Assembly: GCA_964648865.1 (NCBI GenBank)
Contig: CAZYLV010000003.1
Span: 33,731 to 97,730 of the forward strand
DNA: 64,000 bases
Origin: an uncultured Gammaproteobacteria bacterium
GTDB taxonomy: Bacteria; Patescibacteriota; Patescibacteriia; 2-12-FULL-57-11
Direction: 5' to 3'
Shown here in pieces: positions 57,573 to 64,000 of this stretch. Each line of letters begins with the position of its first letter. Within the stretch, counting starts at the first letter, position 1. Both the position numbers and the translations under genes were made by a program. A model generated the notes under the pieces. The model was not told the origin of the DNA and ran no database searches. It was given only the letters and a program-made list of their open reading frames with translations.

Positions 57573-59321
57573 TCAGCCCTTCCGGACGCCCACGAGCCAG
57601 GCGTGCTTCTCCATCCACGGCCCGGCGATCGACAGCAGGAAGCCGCGCGTCACGAGGATGGCCGTGAACATGGACACCAGGATGCCGATGGCCAGCGTCA
57701 CGGCGAAGCCCTTGACCAGCGAGGTGCCGAGCCAGACCAGGATGGCGCAGGTGATGAGCGAGGAGACGTTGGAGTCGCGGATGGACAGCCAGGCGCGGCG
57801 GAAGCCCTCCTCGATGGCCTCGCGCACCGGCTTGCCGGACCGCAGCTCCTCCTTGAACCGCTCGAAGATGAGGATGTTGGCGTCCACGGCCATGCCGATG
57901 GACAGGATGAACCCGGCGATGCCCGCGAGCGTCAGCGTGACGTCGATACCCTTGAAGACCGCCAGGGTGAGCGCCGCGTAGACGGCCAGCGCCAGCGAGG
58001 CCACGAGCCCCAGGAAGCGGTAGAAGACGAGCATGAAGGCCACGACCAGCGCGAAGCCGATGAGCCCTGCCATGAGCGACTTCTCGAGCGAGGCGGCGCC
58101 GAGCGTCGGGCCGACGGTCTGCTGGGTGATGAGCGAGATGGGCACGGGGAGCGCGCCGGCGTTGAGGTTGCGCACCATCTGCTTGGCCTCGGGGATGGTG
58201 AAGGTGCCGGTGATCTGCGCCTCGCCGCCGAGGATCTCCTGCTGGACGATGGGGTCGGAGAGCTTGACGCCGTCCAGGAAGATGGCCAGCGGCCGGCCGA
58301 CGTTGCGCTTGGTGATGTCGGCGAACAGCTGGGCGCCCTCGGCGTCGAACTGCAGGCCGATCTGCACCGCACCCGTCTGCTGGTCGAAGAGCACGTTGGC
58401 GCGCTTGAGGTTCTTGCCGGTCAGGCCGCTGCCCTTCCATTCCTCGGGCGGGACGATGTCCGTCTCCGCGAGCTTGCCGATGAGGATGTGGCTGGCCTGC
58501 CATTCCGGCACGGTCGAGCCGAGGGTCTCGCCCTCCGTCGTCTCGACCTCAGGTCCTGCGACCTCGCGCTCGTCGGTCTTGAGGATGACGTGGTACCCGA
58601 ACTCCGTGGCCACCGGCGTCTTGGTGTATGCGCCCTTCTCGAGCCCGTCGACGGCCTGCTGGAACGCCGGAATCATCGCGCCTTGGCCGAACCAGCCCAG
58701 GTCGCCGCCCTGCTCCTTGCTGCCCGGGTCGTCCGAGAGTTCCTTGGCGAGCGCGGCGAAGTCCTCGCCCGCGTCGAGACGCGCGATGACCTCCTCGGCC
58801 TTCTTCTTGGCATCGGCGTCGCTCTCGGCGAGCTGCTGCCGCTCCTCTTCCGTGAGGGCGCGCGACGGCTCGGTGCTGACTTCCTTGAATTCCAGGAGCG
58901 GCGTCTCGCCGATCTTGCGGATGGCCTCCTCGACGTCCAGGATGCCGGCCAGGTCCACGATCAGCCGGTGGTCGTCGCCGACGATGGCCGTCTGCACCAG
59001 CGGCTCGGAGACGCCGAAGGCGTTGACCCGGCGCTCGATGACCTCACGGAGCCCGTTCAACTGCTCGCGCCGCTCGCCCTCGATGATGCCGGACATGTCG
59101 GCCTGGTAGACGAGATGCGAGCCGCCCTGCAGGTCGAGCCCGAGGCGGAACGGTTTGCTCGGGAAGCCGGCCACCGGGTACGCGAAGAGCGCGGCCAGGA
59201 CGCCGAACAGGATGACGCCCGCGGACAGCGCGCGGAAGCGCAGCGCGCCGCCGCGGAAGAACGAGGCCAACGGCGGACCGGATTTCCTGGAGGACTGGGG
59301 ATTCGCCATATCGCGCGGCAT
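57573..59321 (-). CDS. secD: protein translocase subunit SecD
   Basis: The start is taken at the Met (MPRDMANPQ...) of track ORF 57573..59465. Motif ..LGLDLQGGSHLVY.., a periplasmic domain and C-terminal TM helices. Confidence 0.9.
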   Translation of the reverse strand: MPRDMANPQSSRKSGPPLASFFRGGALRFRALSAGVILFGVLAALFAYPVAGFPSKPFRLGLDLQGGSHLVYQADMSGIIEGERREQLNGLREVIERRVNAFGVSEPLVQTAIVGDDHRLIVDLAGILDVEEAIRKIGETPLLEFKEVSTEPSRALTEEERQQLAESDADAKKKAEEVIARLDAGEDFAALAKELSDDPGSKEQGGDLGWFGQGAMIPAFQQAVDGLEKGAYTKTPVATEFGYHVILKTDEREVAGPEVETTEGETLGSTVPEWQASHILIGKLAETDIVPPEEWKGSGLTGKNLKRANVLFDQQTGAVQIGLQFDAEGAQLFADITKRNVGRPLAIFLDGVKLSDPIVQQEILGGEAQITGTFTIPEAKQMVRNLNAGALPVPISLITQQTVGPTLGAASLEKSLMAGLIGFALVVAFMLVFYRFLGLVASLALAVYAALTLAVFKGIDVTLTLAGIAGFILSIGMAVDANILIFERFKEELRSGKPVREAIEEGFRRAWLSIRDSNVSSLITCAILVWLGTSLVKGFAVTLAIGILVSMFTAILVTRGFLLSIAGPWMEKHAWLVGVRKG

Positions 59322-59500
59322 GGTAACGGATGCCGCGGCATCCCTGCAAGCTTGGGCACTTGCCAAGCCCTGGAGGCGTGGTAGGTTGGGAGTGGTCACG
59401 GCATGCCCCGCCCCACCCCAACTACCCCGGGGTTCGCCGCGACCCCGCCGCTTCCGGTCTCGCAACCCTCCCCCCGAGAGACCGTGGAACGGCGGTTTTT

Positions 59501-60097
59501 CTATTTCCTACCGACGACCTGGATCCATATCCCTGCGTGGTCGGCGTGAACGATGCGGAAGCCGGCGTCGGAGACGAACTGCCGCATCTCGTCCAGCGTG
59601 TGATAGCTGAAGAAGCGGGTATACGCATACCCATAGTCGTCCTCGGTCTTCTGTTCCTCCTCCGCCTGTCCCGGACGGATGTGTTTGACGGTCACGGAGA
59701 TCAGACCGCCGGGGTTCAGGCGGTCGCGACAGGCGCGCAGGACCCCCAGGACCTCGGACTTCTTGAGGTGCAGGAAGGACGCCCACGCCGTGATGGCGTC
59801 GTACGTCTCAGGCAGCGTCCCGACGTCCCGCATGTCCAGGACCTGGAACGCGATGCCCGGATACTCGCGCTGCGCGATCTCGATCATCTTCTCCGAGATG
59901 TCGACGCCGGTGACGGAAAACCCGCGGTCAGCGAGCCACCGCGCCTTGGTGCCGCCGCCGCAACCGACGTCGAGGACGCGCGCGCCGTCGGGCAGCAGGC
60001 CGACGAGCTTCTCGGCCCAGGCAAACCACCAGTCGTCCTTGAGGTGGTCGCGGTGCCAGTCCTCGGCGATGCGGTCGTAGGTGTCCTTAAGATCCAT
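59501..60097 (-). CDS. class I SAM-dependent methyltransferase (198 aa)
   Basis: Internal Met (MDLKDTYDRIAEDW..). Motif I VLDVGCGGG and acidic motif II. The upstream part of track ORF 59501..60424 is antisense junk. Confidence 0.75.
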   Translation of the reverse strand: MDLKDTYDRIAEDWHRDHLKDDWWFAWAEKLVGLLPDGARVLDVGCGGGTKARWLADRGFSVTGVDISEKMIEIAQREYPGIAFQVLDMRDVGTLPETYDAITAWASFLHLKKSEVLGVLRACRDRLNPGGLISVTVKHIRPGQAEEEQKTEDDYGYAYTRFFSYHTLDEMRQFVSDAGFRIVHADHAGIWIQVVGRK

Positions 60098-60101
60098 ATC
60101 G

Positions 60102-60698
60102 TCACTTGCCGAAGTAATGGGCGTGGCGTTCCTGCACCTGCGCCGCCAACTGCTCGAGGTACGCGAGGAGCTGAGGGTGCCCGGCCATCCTTTCGCGTTT
60201 GTGGGCGAGGAGCCGCTCCAGGGTGAGGCCGTGCTTGCGCCAGATGCGCCCGCCGTCGGCCTCCACGGCCAGCATCGGCTCGAGCTTGTCGAGCGCGTAG
60301 ATGAAGCGGCTCTCGTCGTCGGCGCGCGCCTCGTAGGCGGCGATGGCCTCGTGCAGCTCGGGGAACTCCGCGAACTCCGCACGCAAGCGCGCGGCGGCGG
60401 CATGTTCGCGGTCGGCCTTGGCATCCAACGCGGCGGTGTCTGTGGTGAATGCGAAGACGTCGCCGGCGTAGACCTCCACCAGATCGTGCACCAAGGCGTA
60501 GCGCATCAGCTTGTCCTGGCTGAGCGGGGGCTTGAGCGTCGCGGCCACGTACCATGCGAGCATGGCCAGCGCGTAACTGTGCTCGACGTCGTTCTCCATG
60601 CGCTCCTCGCCGACGACGTAGAGCTCGCGGACCACGCGACGGTACTCCGTGAGCATCCGATAGAAACGCTGGAGCTGCGGCAACCCGACCATAGTCAT
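60102..60698 (-). CDS. HD-domain phosphohydrolase (YfbR-like 5'-deoxynucleotidase family)
   Basis: 199 aa from the internal Met. An H...HD...D pattern (..VEHSYALAMLAWY.. ..HDLVEVYAGD..). Confidence 0.75.
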   Translation of the reverse strand: MTMVGLPQLQRFYRMLTEYRRVVRELYVVGEERMENDVEHSYALAMLAWYVAATLKPPLSQDKLMRYALVHDLVEVYAGDVFAFTTDTAALDAKADREHAAAARLRAEFAEFPELHEAIAAYEARADDESRFIYALDKLEPMLAVEADGGRIWRKHGLTLERLLAHKRERMAGHPQLLAYLEQLAAQVQERHAHYFGK

Positions 60699-60949
60699 GC
60701 TTCCCGCAGCCAGGTGAATCGCGGTCCACGGTACTCGCCCAAGGCGACGTCCTCCAAGAACATCCCGAGCGGCCGGATCCAATAGAGTCCCGGATCGACC
60801 AACGACTGATAGACGACGAACTCCTGTGCCGCATCTTCGCTGCTGCGCCCGACGAAGCGCGCGTGATACATGCCGCCTTTGTAGTGGCGGTAGATGCCGG
60901 GACGGAAGTTTTGAGCGGCCTCGGAAAGCGGCGGAAGCGGCAGCATCAT
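60695..60949 (-). CDS. DUF1653 family small protein (84 aa)
   Basis: Signature ..YRHYKGGMY.. Its stop overlaps the HD gene start (ATGA). Confidence 0.6.
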   Translation of the reverse strand: MMLPLPPLSEAAQNFRPGIYRHYKGGMYHARFVGRSSEDAAQEFVVYQSLVDPGLYWIRPLGMFLEDVALGEYRGPRFTWLREA

Positions 60950-60956
60950 GGTTCTT

Positions 60957-61958
60957 TCATTTCCCCTCGCACGTGAAAGCCGCGTGCCAGGCCTCCGTCT
61001 GCAGACCCGCGTCCTTGAAGACCGAATACGGATACCGGTCAGGCAATCGCGCCAAGAGCGCATTATCGTTCTCCTTGAAGAACCATGCGATCGATTTCAC
61101 GTTCGGTATGGAGAGCAAGGATCCGATCAGGCGACCCTGCTCGTCCGACCGGATACCGGATTCCGCGATGAAGATCGGCGCGTCGCCCACGGGGATGCCG
61201 TATCCCTGGAAGCCGTATCCTTCGGGAACGTCGCGGATTTCCGGATACGTGGAGAACGCGAACCCATCCCCCAGCTCGCCCCACTGCGCGACCATCGACT
61301 CCATCATCTCCCTGTCGCCATGGAGCCACGCGTCCTTATAGAACTCCCATTGGATGGTCGGTCCCGCGGAACTCCTGATGTCCTTGAGCAAGGAGATCAG
61401 GTTGCCGAAGTCGTCGGGCGCGGCGGCCGCATACATGTTGATCTCGATCCCCTGCGAGAAGGAATCGGGCGACAGCTTCTTCTGCACGAAAGCGGCCCAG
61501 CGCCTGTACCCCTCGCGTATGGCCTCGTCCGCGAACGTCCGTGCGGGTGCCGGCGTACCGTCCCAATCGGTCGCGATCCCGTCACGGCCGTTGTTCAGCG
61601 GGCTGATCGAGACATGGACCTTACCCGGGAAGTCCCGCGCGTGGACGGCAAGCTGGTCCATCGTCGCCTTGAGATCGGCGTCGGCATCGCAGGCGTCGAG
61701 ATCGGCGCACGCCCGGAGCGCCGACCACGGCACCTTGTCGCCGAAGTGCAGGAGCATGAGGTCGGCGTCCTGGCCGTACGTGGCGATGAACCGCTGGGGG
61801 TCGTTGCTGATGACGGCACCGGGGTAGAACGCGAATCCCATGGCGGGACGCCCGCAGGAGAGCGGCAGGTCCCGATCGTCTCGGGAAAAGGAAAAGGACG
61901 CGACGGCAACGAGCAACGCCACCGCGGATCCCGCGATGAGGAGCGATTTCCTGTTCAT
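60957..61958 (-). CDS. secreted hydrolase-like protein (333 aa), possibly a GH-A-clan TIM-barrel glycoside hydrolase
   Basis: Signal peptide MNRKSLLIAGSAVALLVAVASFSFS. Candidate catalytic Glu motifs (..GIEINMY.. and ..IFIAESGI..). The family assignment is tentative. Confidence 0.45.
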   Translation of the reverse strand: MNRKSLLIAGSAVALLVAVASFSFSRDDRDLPLSCGRPAMGFAFYPGAVISNDPQRFIATYGQDADLMLLHFGDKVPWSALRACADLDACDADADLKATMDQLAVHARDFPGKVHVSISPLNNGRDGIATDWDGTPAPARTFADEAIREGYRRWAAFVQKKLSPDSFSQGIEINMYAAAAPDDFGNLISLLKDIRSSAGPTIQWEFYKDAWLHGDREMMESMVAQWGELGDGFAFSTYPEIRDVPEGYGFQGYGIPVGDAPIFIAESGIRSDEQGRLIGSLLSIPNVKSIAWFFKENDNALLARLPDRYPYSVFKDAGLQTEAWHAAFTCEGK

Positions 61959-61968
61959 GCGACAGGGT

Positions 61969-62550
61969 TCATGCGACTCGGTCGGCGACAACATCATGCA
62001 TCAACCTCCCGAGAAGCGCGAGCGGAAGGCCCGATGTGCTGTCTTCCGTCCCCTCCAACCTGCTCACGAACGCGCGCAGCGGAGGATCCTCATTCCGCAT
62101 CGCGCCTGCACACTCGAGGACACGTCCGATGGCGATCGCCTCCTCGATGACCTCTTCCGGGATGGGGCGGAAGTGAATCCGCGCGACGTCGACGCCTCCC
62201 GCCCTTTTCCTCGTCGCGACATCGGTCACGACCACCGCGCTTACGGTCTCGAGCGGATGCCTCGCGTAGGAGCGGATGAACTCCCTTGCCTGGTCCGCAT
62301 CCTTGGGCTTGCCGCGTATCGCGCCGTCGCAGACGACGACCTGGTCGGCGGTGATGAGCAGCGCCGGCTCCGTGATGCGCCCGAGGAGCGCATCGGCTTT
62401 GGCGTGCGCGACGCGCAAGGCGAGCCGGATGGGATCGGATCCGAGGATCGCCTCTTCTTCGATGTCAGCCGTCACCACCTCAAAACCGTAACCCGCTTCC
62501 CTGAGCACGGACTGCCGCCCCTTCGAACTGGAGCCGAGGACAAGCTTCAT
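61969..62550 (-). CDS. maf: Maf-like nucleoside triphosphate pyrophosphatase
   Basis: 193 aa from the Met (MKLVLGSSSKGRQSVL.. matches the Maf SxxR motif) with AGGAAAG upstream. ..ITADQVVVCDG.. and ..KPKD.. motifs. Confidence 0.85.
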   Translation of the reverse strand: MKLVLGSSSKGRQSVLREAGYGFEVVTADIEEEAILGSDPIRLALRVAHAKADALLGRITEPALLITADQVVVCDGAIRGKPKDADQAREFIRSYARHPLETVSAVVVTDVATRKRAGGVDVARIHFRPIPEEVIEEAIAIGRVLECAGAMRNEDPPLRAFVSRLEGTEDSTSGLPLALLGRLMHDVVADRVA

Positions 62551-62770
62551 GTCTTTCCTGGATTCCGGCCACCGCGGGGATGACACGGCACGGATGCCTC
62601 TCGAAGTCGCTCCAAGCGACCTGCCAAGTTCCGACACGCCCCGAAGCGTACCCGGTGCAAGCTCGTGATGCAACGGGACGATCGTCGTGGCCCTCCGGCC
62701 GTCATCCGATGTCCGCAGGATGTTTGTCATCCTGGACGGCGGCGAAGAATCGTGCAAAACGGATCCAAGC

Positions 62771-63199
62771 TCATCGCGCGAGCCGGATGTCGGCGATGTC
62801 CGGCACGGTCAGCCAGGCGTTGGCGTTACCGAAGCCGCGCTTGTCGATGACAAACGGCGGCACGGACTGCGGATCCGCGAGCCGGACGAGCACGGCGTAC
62901 GTGGGCACGGTCGACCAGGTGCGTGCATCCGGGTTCTTGAAACCGATCTCTCCGCCGTACCGTTTGGCGATGGCATCGACCTCCTCCACGTCCTTGAAGG
63001 TGAACTGGAACACCTCGGTGACGGTCGCTTTCGCGGTCACCGGCTTGGCGGCATCCTTGAACCAGACCGTATCCCCTGCCGCGATGCGGTCCCACGGCGT
63101 GCGGCGCGTTTGGTACCAGCGGCTCTCGATGGTCTTCTCGCCCGAGAGGATCTTCGGGATCAGCCGCCAGCGGGGGTTCATGATGGCGACGTGGTGCAT
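62771..63199 (-). CDS. ASCH-domain (PUA-like fold) protein
   Basis: 142 aa. ..ILSGEKTIESRW.. and the downstream pattern match the ASCH domain. Confidence 0.65.
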   Translation of the reverse strand: MHHVAIMNPRWRLIPKILSGEKTIESRWYQTRRTPWDRIAAGDTVWFKDAAKPVTAKATVTEVFQFTFKDVEEVDAIAKRYGGEIGFKNPDARTWSTVPTYAVLVRLADPQSVPPFVIDKRGFGNANAWLTVPDIADIRLAR

Positions 63200-63214
63200 A
63201 GCCGCACGACATCT

Positions 63215-63706
63215 TTACTTGCGCACGGACTCCAGCCACTCGTTGAACGCGCGGTAGAAGGCGCCGTTCTTCTCCAGGTCCGCGCGGATCTCGTCGGCGT
63301 CGCCCGCCTTATCCATGATTTCCGCGCTCTTCTCGAGCGAGTACGTCTCGCGCACCGGAACGGCGATGGTCGTGTCGGAAACGCCGTCCCAATCGTTGAC
63401 CGCGAAGATGCTCCGCAGTCCAGAATCCCAGGTTGGGTCGACGATCTTCCACGCATCTCCGACCTTCACTTCGAGATAGACATGTGTGGATTCATCCTCG
63501 TGCGGAACAGCTGCGACCGACTCGGGCAACTTCACATCGCTCCAGCGGAACGTGACGACGCGATAACGCGCCTCGACCCCGGCCGCCTTTAACGCCTCAA
63601 GCAGCCGCTTCGCTTTGCCCGAGCAGCAGTCATCCGGTTCCGCCACGGCCAGCGGGATGCGGTATGGGATGTCGCGAATTTCCCGGAACGACAAAACCGT
63701 GTCCAT
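63215..63706 (-). CDS. transglutaminase-like Cys-protease-fold protein (163 aa)
   Basis: Internal Met. A C...H...D arrangement (..DCCSGKAKRLLEALKAAGVEARYV.. ..HVYLEVKVGDAWKIVDPTWD..). Confidence 0.55.
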   Translation of the reverse strand: MDTVLSFREIRDIPYRIPLAVAEPDDCCSGKAKRLLEALKAAGVEARYRVVTFRWSDVKLPESVAAVPHEDESTHVYLEVKVGDAWKIVDPTWDSGLRSIFAVNDWDGVSDTTIAVPVRETYSLEKSAEIMDKAGDADEIRADLEKNGAFYRAFNEWLESVRK

Positions 63707-63708
63707 GT

Positions 63709-64000
63709 TCACGACAGGATACCCGCCTCGACCAGCTTCTGTTTCATCGCGACATATCCGAGATAGCGGTACGAGAGCGTGCTCATCTTGCCCGCGCCCA
63801 TCTCGGCGTAGGTCAGCTCGTGTCCGTCCGGGATGAAGTACGGATCGAACCCCCACGACTCCATCCGTTTGGGGACGAGGGTCCCATGGACGACGCCTTC
63901 CGTGTAGAGAGTCCGTCCGCCGTCACAAAAACCGACGCCGCAGCGGAGGGTAGCGCGCCGGTCCCCCATCTTCATGGCGATGTCGACGGCGCGGTCGTAG
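63709..64000 (-). CDS. rdgB: RdgB/HAM1-family non-canonical purine NTP pyrophosphatase, C-terminal part (gene continues beyond the window)
   Basis: ..GFDPYFIPDGHELTYAEMGAGKMSTLSYR.. matches the HAM1 C-terminal signature. The frame stays open to base 64000. Confidence 0.75.
   Translation of the reverse strand, partial: YDRAVDIAMKMGDRRATLRCGVGFCDGGRTLYTEGVVHGTLVPKRMESWGFDPYFIPDGHELTYAEMGAGKMSTLSYRYLGYVAMKQKLVEAGILS

Noticed and set aside
59322-59500. Possible terminator or promoter structures in the secD upstream spacer (GGAACGGCGGTTTTT)
   Set aside because: The potential stem has a long ~35-nt loop and mismatches. No convincing hairpin plus U-tract sits in the minus-strand orientation needed for the flanking genes.
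62718-62740. Perfect inverted repeat CAGGATG-N5-CATCCTG in the 220-bp spacer between the ASCH gene and maf
   Set aside because: It is short, has no flanking U-tract and no adjacent promoter hexamers. It could be an operator or a weak terminator, but the evidence is too thin to call.

Overview
The window is a very GC-rich (~68-70%), gene-dense bacterial chromosomal segment. Genes are tightly packed, often with 1-4 nt ATGA/TGATG overlaps. The standard genetic code is in use: TGA and TAG both terminate clearly homologous genes. Most of the window is core housekeeping. It holds an F1 ATP-synthase sub-operon without delta (atpAGDC), the rod-shape/cell-wall genes mreBCD-mrdA, greA, a tRNA-synthetase/cell-wall block (lysS, a RibL-like nucleotidyltransferase, serS, alr, ddl, ftsQ), gltX, clpB behind a CIRCE element, def-fmt, a ribosomal alpha-operon block (infA-rpmJ-rpsM-rpsK-rpsD-rpoA-rplQ plus rplM-rpsI), alaS, mnmA and secDF. 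More accessory-looking islands are interleaved between these. One is a glycan cluster with an O-antigen-ligase family protein, two GT2s, a GT4 and a Wzx flippase at 33.7-39.4 kb. A second is a translationally coupled minus-strand operon downstream of secDF at 50.7-56.6 kb. It encodes a polytopic membrane protein, a soluble VirD4/TraG-like coupling-type ATPase with a C-terminal zinc ribbon, a small secreted protein and a Wzy_C-domain protein fused to a long TPR array; this operon is the best candidate for a poorly described system. A third is a slightly lower-GC island of nucleotide house-cleaning and accessory genes at 59.5-64 kb (SAM-MTase, HD hydrolase, DUF1653, secreted hydrolase, Maf, ASCH, transglutaminase-like, RdgB). 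A fourth is a trio of small unknown genes at 47.2-48.3 kb, and a fifth pairs a C39-like peptidase with a secreted 4-repeat protein at 27.9-29.8 kb. Several core genes are unusual in the sequence. clpB carries an in-frame TAG at a conserved Lys codon. rpoA lacks the alpha-CTD. The PriA-like protein has degenerate ATPase motifs. A WecG/TagA-family glycosyltransferase is fused in-frame to gltX. alaS lacks the C-Ala domain. The small rpoA, rplM and alaS together with the compact synthetase clustering suggest a reduced-genome, possibly Patescibacteria/CPR-like lineage, but that is inference only. CDS coordinates come from the ORF track plus amino-acid offsets. Motifs located by eye (terminators, promoters, CIRCE, rpmJ) may be off by 1-3 nt.
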